Assembly (NCBI GenBank): GCA_963693365.1 | Contig: CAVNZM010000001.1 | Coordinates: 928,054 to 992,053 of the forward strand | DNA length: 64,000 bases | DNA from: Amoebidium appalachense | Taxonomy: Eukaryota > Protista > Ichthyosporea | Direction: 5' to 3' | In this document: in pieces, positions 23,701-33,414 of the stretch | How positions within the stretch are numbered: position 1 is the first letter of the stretch | Layout: each line of letters starts with the position of its first letter | Program-made: the position numbers and the translations under genes | Notes under the pieces: generated by a model | The model's input: the letters and a program-made list of their open reading frames with translations, nothing else | What the model was told of the DNA's origin: nothing | The model's database searches: none

Positions 23701-23916
23701 TCGGTTTTTCGCGTAACCGGGGTGTGTGGATGTGTCGACCAATGTAGAGTTGAATTTGTGGTGGTTTTTAAACTGTGTTTCGCAAATCACTGTAAACGTG
23801 TGGTTGTTTGTCTGTTGTTGTATGTAGCTGATTTTATCGTCGAGTGTCCCGGGGGGGAGGCCCTTTTGGGGGCCCAGTGTCCGAGCATTCCAGAAGAAGA
23901 AGGATAAATTAGGCAT
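20722..23916 (-). CDS. Intact LINE ORF2, 1064 aa, APE endonuclease-RT with Cys/His-containing C-terminus
   Basis: FFFWNARTL, ICETQ, GDFN, SDH; RT YADD. Confidence 0.92.
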   Translation of the reverse strand: MPNLSFFFWNARTLGPQKGLPPGTLDDKISYIQQQTNNHTFTVICETQFKNHHKFNSTLVDTSTHPGYAKNRGIIVLAAPHVRVKCKPVAKTEFSVSIEFLSNVFTFVYYPPSMSVVELTHELSQLPMSTVILGDFNTRLHHTDTLQVSVGYPSKPPERAIPLARYVQSHTLRFPQISHAHNTDWGVAFWPSTMSKLSLPPNLSRSSDHSPILFLPKISLDLLPPPPPTFRLRLSQLKSQWGRVDVCVCYATKHPIYMRLLESAQARPDSHLVLDTCTNFIVDDLIDLGDYAGGGRKEYPDALLLPNTTPARLGEPLSQKESLRRLASMNRFGPPARIIGDTTGDPLIDSDKYFSELFKDRTPAQKPIVWPVDPSIPIESILPFFSPDAIWSVISSYSSSKSCGPDGLPAGFLKILVPSYPQKESDRAIKPDLTIMLSSLFSWCVKCGHVPSSWLDTLVIPIVKKDSEGPISSFRPITLTQVVRRFFEACLLRLFAHHPRFQSILHIHPCQSAFRKNNSCYVQIMALHDSMQVGAQYVGFIDWKTAYDSVSPGLLWEKLAARGVPHCIGVLLEALLSQTYGRAVVNGHLSYGFARTRGLLQGSLLSPFLFNLFIDDLAVKIYAENDDPINNFPPALLYADDLSLLARTPRRLQRLFDVVSEWCKANLMILNIDKCGVLVPDIANNLHTFTLSSKPVPIVPEYKYLGVPVDSVGVMFPHMVEKRVELARKRLAFFSANIFKDTPLHPSIRLTFIRTFVFPACEYGLPLLAAWIKKERTRALKPLANFLEAEVASFLSNNCCKPGPVTLSIYGLVPIAARVSYLALKFNKHISRLKKYLPSHPLFSIRPVPSSPLPSFLPSLSPSPLGTNTNKPRNSVCVTLDCHLLIKHVHNHKIITQYNKWKKIPHDTRPDESIHLEKLSLMSRFIYTDRLNHIAKYGTRKCITPKYILPSCRTGLSLADGIIDQLPRFYCTRAIQWRSNKYKVASFACPNNTHTHQFNRSCIAKCSLIDHIIPQHTHVTFTTDTQKDSLPVNYNILDFILNTRNYDLFIRCIDWLEKHITTKL

Positions 23917-24553
23917 CGGTTTGGTCCGACACCTGTGGGGTTGGTTCCCACTTGTCGCTTACGGGGTCGTATGCACGACCTTCCGCCAGCGCGAACAGTT
24001 CGCAGAAGAGCTCGATTTCCATCTCGCATCGGCGTTTGCGCTCGAGCAGTTTCTCACCAGAAAACATTGGTTCCTTCGTGTCCGTGTCTATCACGCTCGT
24101 AGCATCGTTTTCCAACTTTGCGAGGAACTCTTTTGCCTTGCTGATGCGTACACGACAACGTGTGGCGCACGCATTCTTAGCAGACACTTTACGTTCTTTG
24201 TCTGCTTTCTGAATGTTTTCCGGCGCGCATGGGTCGTAGCTTGGGAGGTGGGTGAAGAAGCTTCCACACCCCTTTGTCGCGTCACGGATGAACGCACGGT
24301 TATAGTCGCCCCGTACTGCTACTTCCAGCACATCGTATCCAATGAAGGACAGACAAAGGATGCGAGAGCACCGGAAGCCGAGAGCCTTGAAGATGGACCA
24401 CATGGCCCTGTGTGGGCGTCTGCCGTGCTTGACTTTGAAATACACCCTCTCGTATTTGGGTGGGATGTTGATGTTACCGTTTGCTTGGGTGTTCCCCTTA
24501 GCCGGCGGTTTGGGAGGGGAGTTGCGGCGGTACTCGTTGCCTGCAAGAATGTT
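23909..24553 (-). CDS. LINE ORF1, C-terminal part (5'-truncated)
   Basis: Frame is open back to the truncation point; its stop overlaps the ORF2 ATG (ATGCCTAA). Confidence 0.7.
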   Translation of the reverse strand, partial: NILAGNEYRRNSPPKPPAKGNTQANGNINIPPKYERVYFKVKHGRRPHRAMWSIFKALGFRCSRILCLSFIGYDVLEVAVRGDYNRAFIRDATKGCGSFFTHLPSYDPCAPENIQKADKERKVSAKNACATRCRVRISKAKEFLAKLENDATSVIDTDTKEPMFSGEKLLERKRRCEMEIELFCELFALAEGRAYDPVSDKWEPTPQVSDQTDA

Positions 24554-24607
24554 TTGGCTGCCCGCACACGGGCACCTCTTAGCCAGTCAAAACATCAGAT
24601 ACCACAG

Positions 24608-24702
24608 ATCACTAGACCGAGTTATGATTGGCTCGGATCAGATTTCACATATCACTAGATCGATTTTTGATTGGCTCAGATCGGTAGGCTTAGGTATATA
24701 AG
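24608..24702 (+). promoter_or_regulatory. Putative Pol II promoter in the Ngaro A repeat: two imperfect repeats each with ATTGG (CCAAT box), then TATATAA
   Basis: Motifs lie upstream of ORF1; same block present in A2. Confidence 0.45.
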
Positions 24703-24818
24703 CACGACAGTTTTTAGCAGATCAGCAAGCTACAAACACATCTTCTGTGTTTAGCATCCACAGCCTTACAGCTATATATTCCTTTTCATTCTCCCTATCT
24801 TTCCCTACGCCGGTCAGC

Positions 24819-26927
24819 ATGCCGCCGAAAAAGCGCCAGACCTCAGCCGCCGCCCCTGCCGCGGTACCTAAGCGCCTGACCCGCAGCGACCTCCGCCACA
24901 GGCTGACCAACGCTCCTGCGGACACTGACGCGCCTCCAGCGGCCCATACCACCACGGACCCGGACCCGCCGGCTACTCTCCCCTCCACTCCTGAAGTCCC
25001 CCCTCAGGCCCCGCCGTCCCCGCAGATGACTTCTCAAGACGCCGTCCTGGCCGCCCTCACCGCCATCAGCACCCAGATGGCTGGCGTCCTGGCTGCTCTC
25101 ACCAACCGCGACCCTCCCGCGCCCCCCGCCGCGCCCTCCACACCCGGGGAGGTTTCCCCGGGGCTGCATTGTTATAATACGTGGTATTTACATATTGTAA
25201 GATCTTCTCAGTTCGTGTTATGTTTTCATTCATTCACTTAGTGAAAGAGATGTGCTCCTTGTACGTAAATTATGAGATCGATCTCCAGTGTATTTGAGTA
25301 CTTGTAATCGTGTTGTGTCGGCTATATTCGTGTGTTTAGATATCGATTACAGCAACTGATTATAGGTACACGAGTCTACCCAGTGAGGGAGAAACGTGTA
25401 CATGTTATGTGTACATGTATATCTTCGGTTATAACTGTGTTTTCATGTTCGTGTTTTCTGTCCTGCTTTCTTTTCTTTTTCCTCTTTCTTCTTCTTTCTT
25501 TTCTCTTTCTTTCTTCTCTTGTTTCCTTTCACATAATTATATTTCTCTCTCACTAATATACGTTGAGTATATTTATATTACTCGTTATGTTTTGATTGGT
25601 AGAAAAACACTTAGGCTACACTTTAGCTTGTCAGGTATGATTCATAGCTTAGTCAAACACTTTTGTTTTGTGTGTTGCCGTACTATATCCAATCAGTGGA
25701 CTTAGTCAGAAAATGTCTGAGTCTTTGTAGCCGATGATAGGTTAGAAACATCACCTCTTTCCTCGTTACTCTTCACCTCTTTTCTTTCTTATAGCTGTGA
25801 CCTATGGTGTGCGTTCCTGTGCCTCCGGATCTATCCGGGAAATAATCAGTTAATTGTGATTGGTTATTTTAGACATAGATCTGATTTCCGACTGGTCGGA
25901 AATCATGTATGGATTTAACTTAAGGGAATTTCAGGTATTTATTAGCGATCAAAATAAATTGAGTTCAGTCGTGTCTAAACATTGATGTCTGTTGTGTACA
26001 CTTCTCCGATCGCTCCGTGTTTTGTTGTTGTGTGTGTCTGTGGTGTTTTCACACTGCACCACTGTGTCTCTGCTTACATCCCAAATACTTATACAATTTA
26101 ACATGCATCTCGGCCCTGACCTTGACCTGCCTGCCCTGCCCGCGCCCCCCATCACAGGCGAGAACACTGGCGACATTCAGCCGGGCACACTCCCGCTTCC
26201 CCCCGCGGATGTGCTGGCAGATTTGCGCGCCAATCGTTTCGTCGACCTGTATAAGTTCACCCCCGCCGCCCTCCTGGCCCCATCCAAGAAAGGTCAGCAT
26301 CTGCGCATGGCCGACGACGGCAGCATCGAGACTTTTCGCCAAGACAAACCCGTTCCCCTGCGTTCACTCGTCATTTGGATCCAAGCTTGGACCCATTACA
26401 TGGCCGCCAAGCACCACCTCGGCCTTCCCACGGACAAAGACGTACTTTGGACTCAGCACATCACTCGCCTCAGCACCCGATACCCGTGGGCCCAGATCCA
26501 CAACTATGACGTATACGCCCGCACCGTGGCCCACCAGCAGGGTCGGGCTCCGATCGAGTGCCCCAACCTGCTCGCCCAACTCCACCAGGATCTCCTCCTG
26601 CCACCCACTCTGCTCATCCAGGACGCATGTCAGCGCTGTGGCTTCCCCGACCACCCCAGCGCGGCCTGCCCCATGTACCCCAAGCCCGGCTGTGGTCTTG
26701 ACGGCTTTAAGCCGCCCCACAAGCCCGGCGGGGGTCACACCCCAAACCGCCCTGGCCCGCAACCCGGCCCGGCAAAACCGGCCCGACCCGTGGATCTACC
26801 CGCGACGCACTGCAGGAATTTCCACATTAACGGTCGGTCCTGCGCTAAGCAGCCCTGCCCCTTCTCCCACGTGTGCCCGCTCTGCTCTGGCACACACCCC
26901 CGCAAAGACTGCAAGCACAATGCCTAG
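24819..26927 (+). pseudogene. Ngaro ORF1 (gag-like, ~389 aa reconstituted) with CCHC and CCCH zinc fingers, interrupted by solo LTR A2
   Basis: MPPKKR...SPGLH joins LGPDLD in frame; CQRCGFPDHPSAAC; CRNFHINGRSCAKQPCPFSHVCPLCSGTHPRKDC. Confidence 0.82.
25170..26103 (+). mobile_element. Solo LTR A2, TSD TGCAT
   Basis: TGCAT at 25165-25169 and 26104-26108. Confidence 0.92.
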
Positions 26928-27200
26928 TCTACGCGCACACCCACACACACAGCTAGAACATAGGGGTTAGGAGCTAGGACACACGAGTACAGGGAAACGG
27001 AGCTCGGGAGAACGGGCCAATAGGGCTGAGTACAAAATTTCGCAGGCCAACTACGGCGCCCGCGCGCGTCAAGAATAAATGTCCCTATACAAAGACGTTT
27101 ATTCTGGCCACTGCACATAATTTTACTCCCCCCCCATCCCACGAGCCTCCCCCCCCCCTTACACTCACCTAGCACTCCCTCCCCCCCTTCTTCTACCGCT

Positions 27201-27315
27201 GTGTCCGCCCACACCCCCGCGTGCTCGGGCACATTCCCCTGCACAGGGCCCCGCTGCCCTCCCTGCCAACCCTCACTTGGGCCCAGCTGCCCTACTCTAA
27301 CCCCCCGGGGCCCTG

Positions 27316-27358
<43 letters not shown>

Positions 27359-29047
27359 CTGCCGGGATCTCCCCAAGGGTACACCACCCTTGCTAACCAC
27401 CCCCTTCCCCCGAGGCTCAGACCCGGAGGCCCGCCCGCTGCCCCAGCACCACATTGACACCTCCCGCCTCCGGGAACTGCTGGCCTCCTACCCGGACCAA
27501 CCATTCGCCGCACAACTCCTCCACGATGTCGAATTCGGCGTCGACATCGGCTATCGCGGCCCCTCCACCTCTCGGGTGGGCCCCAACCTACCCACCACCC
27601 CGGAGGCAGCTGCCGCTATCACGGTGGATATTGCCAAAAGAAGTCGCCCTCGGCCACCTGCGCGGCCCCCTCTCCCCGGCCCAATTCTTTGACGAATTTC
27701 CCGTCCACCGTTCCTCCCCAATCGGCGCCGTTACCAAGAAAGGGAACCCCCCCAAGTACCGTCGAATCCACCACCTCTCCTGGCCCCGGGGTAGCAGTGT
27801 CAATGACAGCATCACCTACCCCGACGAACTTCAGTACATTCGCGCCCGGGATGTCACCCAACTCATTCTCGACGCAGGCCCCGGCTGCTACATGGCCGTG
27901 GCAGATGTGCAGGCTGCCTTCCGGCACATGCCCATCCGACCGGAAGACCACCACTTAATGGCATTCAAATGGCAAGGGCATTTTTACGTTGAAACCAGAC
28001 TGCCCTTCGGCCTGAAATCTAGCCCAGCCATCTGGGAACGGATCGCGGCCACCCTACAGTGGCTGGCACACCAGCACGGTATTACCCTCATCCGCCACTA
28101 CGTAGACGACTGGATTATAGTCGCCCCCACACACCAGCAGTGCCAACGTCACCTATCCACCTTCCTGCAACTCTGCCGAGAGCTGCACATTGCCATCTCC
28201 GAAGACAAGATGCAGGGCCCGGCTACCCGTGTCGTCTTCATCGGTATCGAATTCGACTCCATCGCCATGGAGGCACGAATCCCGGCTTCCAAGCTCTCGG
28301 ACCTACTCTACCTCACTTCCCACCCAAAGCCCACCATCACCATTCGGGACCTCCAGTCCCTCCTCGGCAAACTCACCTGGTGTGCCCAGCTGGTTCCCCC
28401 CGGGAGGGCCTTCTCCCAGCGCCTATGGGCCCTTCTCCGGACCCTTGCACCCACACCTTGCCGGCCACCACCACATACGACTGACTGCTGCCGCCCGGGC
28501 CGACATAGCCGAATGGCACCAGTTTCTCACATCATGGAATGGGGTGCACCTCATCACACCCCCCACATACACCACCCTGGCCACTGATGCTGCCGGATCG
28601 GTGGGTCTAGGTGGCCACTGGCTCGACCAATGGTTCTTCATGCCCTGGTCCCCCTCCACCCAAGCCCTCTATGCTCATGAGGGTAAACTCGGTTCTTCCG
28701 TCATCGAACTCCTGGCCATCGCAGCCGCCGTGGCCCTCTGGGCCCCCTCCTGGTCCACCCACCATGTCCGTATTTTATGCGACAACACGGGTGCTGTGTC
28801 TGACCTGCACTCCCGGTCTTCCCCCCACCCCGTGATGGCCAAACTTATTCGGTTCATCACCCGCATGGAAATGCAATACCAGTTTACGTTACAGGCATCC
28901 TACCTACCAGGACCCCTCAACCATCTGGCCGATGCCATTTCTCGTAACCAACTTCCCCGGGCCCGACGACTCCGACCTTCCCTGCAACCGGAGCCCCGCC
29001 CCTTCCCCTCCTGGGTCCACGAGTTCCTATCCCTTCCCTTGGGCTAA
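27201..29047 (+). pseudogene. Ngaro RT-RNase H, with two apparent frameshifts; start uncertain
   Basis: KYRRIHHLS, ADVQAAFRH, LPFGLKSSP, YVDD; TDAA, ELLAI, CDN, ADAISR. Confidence 0.85.
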
Positions 29048-29098
29048 CCCCCCCCCCCCCCCCCCCCAGATCTCCCGTTCCGGAGCAACACTGGCAGA

Positions 29099-30990
29099 TT
29101 GGCCCCCCACTTTGCTCCGGCCGAGCTGCTGCGAGCCACCACTACCCTGCAGGAATGCCAGGCCCTGAGTCTCAACCTCGACTCTCGGGCCTTTTACTCC
29201 CGGGTGCAAAAAGTGTTCATCGATTTCTGTGTGGCATCTCGGCTGCAATCCTCCTCCGGGTCCTCCCTCCCGGCCTCCCCACACACCGTGCAACTTTTTC
29301 TCGCCTGGTGTGCCCAACGAGGGGTACAGGCCTCTTCCTTAACCGGCTACAATTCGGCCATCACCAGGCTCCACCTCGACATGGGCCTCCCTGCTCCCTA
29401 CCCCCACGACAAGTCTCTGGCCTGGTTCCTACGGGGGGTAGGCCTATGGCAGCTTTCTCACAACATCCGACCCCGCTCATCCACCAGGGAACCCCTCCTC
29501 CCCTCCCACCTCCGCCTACTCCATGGCCAGTGCCCCACCAAGGCCTCCTCGGCCAACCTCCGGCTATGGACGGCCCTAAAATATATAAGTATTTGGGATG
29601 AAAGCAGAGACACAGTGGTGCAGTGTGAAAACACCACAAACACAAAACGAAAAAGAAAACGAGCAGTGTACACAAAGACATCAATTTTAGACACGACTAA
29701 GAATTTATTCGATCCGAAAAATACCTGAAATTCCTCTAAGTCCAATCCATACATGATTTCCGACAGGAAAATCAGATCTACTCTAATAGAAACCAATCAC
29801 TAAGAACCATGCTTTGAGAGATCCGGAGGAGAGTAAGAAGGACACAGACACTAGTTAAGATCAACTCGTCACAAGGAAGTTCTAACCTATGACAACTGCA
29901 AAGACTCAGACATATCACATAACCTGAGAGGAAGCCCGGCAAAAAAAATAAATATTATGAAGTCTAAACACACATGCTATTCTAAGTGTAGCCTAAGTTT
30001 ACCGTAAGAAACGTATTAAGTAACACAAATCTACCTAACATATATTAGTAGAAAAGAAATACGATTATACACATGAAGACAAGGAGAGAAAGAAAAGAAA
30101 ATAAGGAAGGAGAAAGAGGAAGGAAAAGAGAACACAGATCAACAAACAAGATAGTAATAGCATAACTATAACCAGAGATATTTATGTACACACGAACATG
30201 TACACGTCTCTCCCTGAGTGGGTGGATCCGTGTACACACATATAAATATTCTAATCGATATTACAATACACAATTAATGCCGATACAACACGATTACAAG
30301 TATACAAGCATATCGGAGATCGATGCTACACTTTACATAATAGGAGTGTGTCATTTACACTAAGCATATGAACTCAAACATAACACAAACTGAGAAGATC
30401 TTACCATATGTAAATACTACGTATTACAACCTCCGCCTACTCCATGGCCAGTGCCCCACCAAGGCCTCCTCGGCCAATCTCCGGCTATGGACGGCCCTCA
30501 TCGTCGGTTTCTGTGGTCTCCTCCGTTCAGGGGAATTTACCTCCAAGACCCTGACTTCTTTCGACCCGTCCCGTCACGTTAAACGGAAGGACGTGACCTT
30601 CAGCTACACCCCCACCGGTACTTTGTCCCATGCCACCCTCCACCTGCCAACCTCTAAGACGGATGTACAGGCCCGAGGTGTCAACGTCACCCTAGCTGCC
30701 CTGCCCCTCACCCACTTCTCCCCAGCCCATCTCCTCCGGCAGTTCCTGGATACAACGTCCGGTCAACCCGACGACCCCCTCTTCAGTCTCGGTGGCATCC
30801 CCTACACCAAGAGTGCTTTCTCTGCCGATTTCCGTGCCCTCCTCTCCCGGGCAGGCCTCTCACCCTCCCGGTTTGCCGGACACAGCCTCCGCATCGGGGG
30901 GGCCACAGCACTGGCTGAGGCCGGGGTCGACAACTCGGCCGGTGGTCCTCCGACTGCTTCCTGATCTATACCCGACTTCGTCCGGCCTCC
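29099..30990 (+). pseudogene. Ngaro tyrosine recombinase, interrupted by an LTR and with a C-terminal frameshift
   Basis: FCGLLRSGEF, SKTD, GHSLRIGGAT; GRWSSDCFLIY lies in a shifted frame. Confidence 0.85.
29578..30430 (-). repeat. Degraded LTR A1 with clipped termini, flanked by a ~69-bp duplication of YR sequence
   Basis: 29509-29577 is repeated at 30430-30498 with one mismatch. Confidence 0.8.
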
Positions 30991-31063
30991 ATTGCTGCCA
31001 CCACCACACGTGTATTCGCCTCTATTCTTAAGTGAAACCTTTGGAGCAAGCATACTGCTCTCG

Positions 31064-31720
31064 TGCCGTGGTTTACAACCATTGCAGGTTCACTTTCGTC
31101 CAAGGGGATGTCCCCCTAGAGGCAACACACGTCCCGGAGTAGTTTTCATAGAGGTTTTATTTGTGGAAATTATTGACATAAATATTTTTCTGGGTAAACA
31201 CGTAGGATGGGTGTTCGATACCAACATAACCATGTAGGCTTCATTTCGTGTTTTAGCAGTTAGCGGTTGGCTGCCCGCACACGGGCACCTATTAGCCAGT
31301 CAAAACATCAGATACCACAGATCACTAGACCGAGTTATGATTGGCTCGGATCAGATTTCACATATCACTAGATCGATTTTTGATTGGCTCAGATCGGTAG
31401 GCTTAGGTATATAAGCACGACAGTTTTTAGCAGATCAGCAAGCTACAAACACATCTTCTGTGTTTAGCATCCACAGCCTTACAGCTATATATTCCTTTTC
31501 ACCCACCCACCTACACCCACACACAACCCCCATTGATCCACACATACGTGCTGTTTTTTCACGGGGCGAAGACTTCCCCCGTTTTTTGGGCACATGGACC
31601 TCACGGATCAATAAATTGATGACTGGGGGCTTGCCGTGGTTTACAACCATTGCAGGTTCACTTTCGTCCAAGGGGATGTCCCCCTAGAGGCAACACACGT
31701 CCCGGAGTAGTTTTCATAGA
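31064..31720 (+). repeat. Ngaro 3' split repeats B1 (89 bp) - spacer - A2 (~263 bp) - spacer - B2 (89 bp)
   Basis: Direct sequence identity between copies. Confidence 0.9.
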
Positions 31721-31839
31721 TTGTTTGAAATCTTTCAATGTCTCGTGAACAACTCCGATTGCCCTCTCATTAATGTGTTAGTCGTGTTTTACATGACACC
31801 TCTGTGCACTCTGCTCCCTTAGACCCGTACAAAACAACA

Positions 31840-32086
31840 ATAGCATAACTATAACCAGAGATATTTATGTACACACAAACATGTACACGTCTCTCCCTGA
31901 GTGGGTGGATCCGTGTACACACAAATAAATATTCTAATCGATATCACAATAACGATAAAGCCGAAAAACGATAAAGTATAAAGAAGAGACGAGCACACTT
32001 ACATAATAGGATTGTATTACACTAACAATGAACTGAAACATAACACAAATGAGAAGATCTTACCATATTAAATACTACGTATACAA
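31840..32086 (-). repeat. Partial, noisy LTR A1
   Basis: Matches the U3 end of LTR-A1 with many small deletions. Confidence 0.75.
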
Positions 32087-33414
32087 AAAATCACCATGTG
32101 GAAGGGTGAAGGCAAGACCGGCCCTGACCACAAGACCACCTACTTCCAATGGGAAATCATTTTCCTCGGCATGATGACCGGCACCAAAGGTGCCCTACTT
32201 GTGGACGTTGTTCTCGCTGACAACTACGTTCCACCCAACACCGCCGCCATTGATGGTGTGCTTCCCTTCTACGGTTACGCTACTGCGGCTGAACTCAAGG
32301 ACGCCCGCAACGCTACTTCTTCACATGATCCAGAACATCGACCCGTCTGTCCTCACCACCGTCGCTCAGTACCGTATCGGCATGGACCCTGAACGGGCCA
32401 TGTGGAAGTTCCGACAACACTACCTCCAAGGCAAACCCGACCAGGTCCGTCTCCTCCGTCGCGAGTGGGATGCCTGCTCCCTCAAGTCCAGTGAGACATT
32501 CACTGACTACCTCCAGCGTCTCCAAACCATCGTCACCCAGCTTCTGTCCCTGCAAGATGACTCAGTCACATTCACCCATCTGGCAGAGAAGTTCTTTAAT
32601 GAACTTACCACCCGTGACGATCTCACCAGTGAATTCAGCCGTCTACTCGAAGACTTCCACTTCGGAGATAAGCTCTTCTCCGATTTGAGACTCTGCACAA
32701 CCACGTGAAAGGCATTGAGCTACGCCAACAACTCAAGACTAAACTCCGTACCTGTAAACATCTATACACGCCGTACATGTTTACTATTACGAATATACTG
32801 TACATATCATAGTGATCACGTAGATATTGTGTACATATGATCAGATCAATATCACACGCGACAGCCGCGGGCTGCGGCTCACGACTGAGCCGCGGCGCCG
32901 GCAATATGCAGTGGCCGTGCAGTCAGTATGAACCAATAGAATTCGAGAACCGCTAGGATAGGAATGCAAGTCTCATCCACTACGGAGGCGACATCTATAG
33001 CTAAACGAACGGAACCAATAAGGAAATCAGACCCAGTTGCATAAACCTAAACGGGCTTAAGTATTGACCAATCATTTGCCACAAAGTTATCCTTTTAGTT
33101 AGCTTCATGTTATTGGTGCACTGTGTGCACATAAAGACGACCGCACTCTTCTGACTGGTCAGAAGTCACGAAGGCATCAATGCCACCCATCCAGATGATC
33201 CGGAACCTGGGGGCTATATAAACAAGCCGTCCCAGTACGGGGGATCACTCTGAACGAGCACATTAAATAGTAACCTGGCCGCGTGTGCCTTACTACCCGT
33301 TCTCTGTCTTTATTCTGATTCAGTTGTTCTCTGCCTTATCCCAACTAGTTCAACTGTTTACATTGGCGACCGCGCAGTTCCAGAATCTCACATCTTTCAA
33401 GAATCTCTTCAACC

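Larger units (their letters stand above)
20362..24553 (-). mobile_element. LINE copy 2 (5'-truncated within ORF1) in the Ngaro A1 repeat, TSD TTGGCTG
   Basis: TTGGCTG at 20355-20361 and 24554-24560; A2 shows the uninterrupted target. Confidence 0.9.
20327..31720 (+). mobile_element. Ngaro-type DIRS-order (tyrosine recombinase) retrotransposon, A1-ORFs-B1-A2-B2
   Basis: A1 = 20327-20361 plus 24561-24788, A2 = 31239-31501, B1 = 31064-31152, B2 = 31632-31720; gag-like, RT/RNaseH and YR ORFs. Confidence 0.88.
8599..31839 (+). mobile_element. Copia family C element carrying nested insertions; 5' LTR remnant 8599-8862; 3' LTR split into 16044-16084, 19570-20326 and 31727-31839
   Basis: 8599-8862 matches 20177-20326 plus 31727-31839; PBS at 8863; PPT GAGTGGGGA before TGTTG at 16044. 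Confidence 0.8.
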
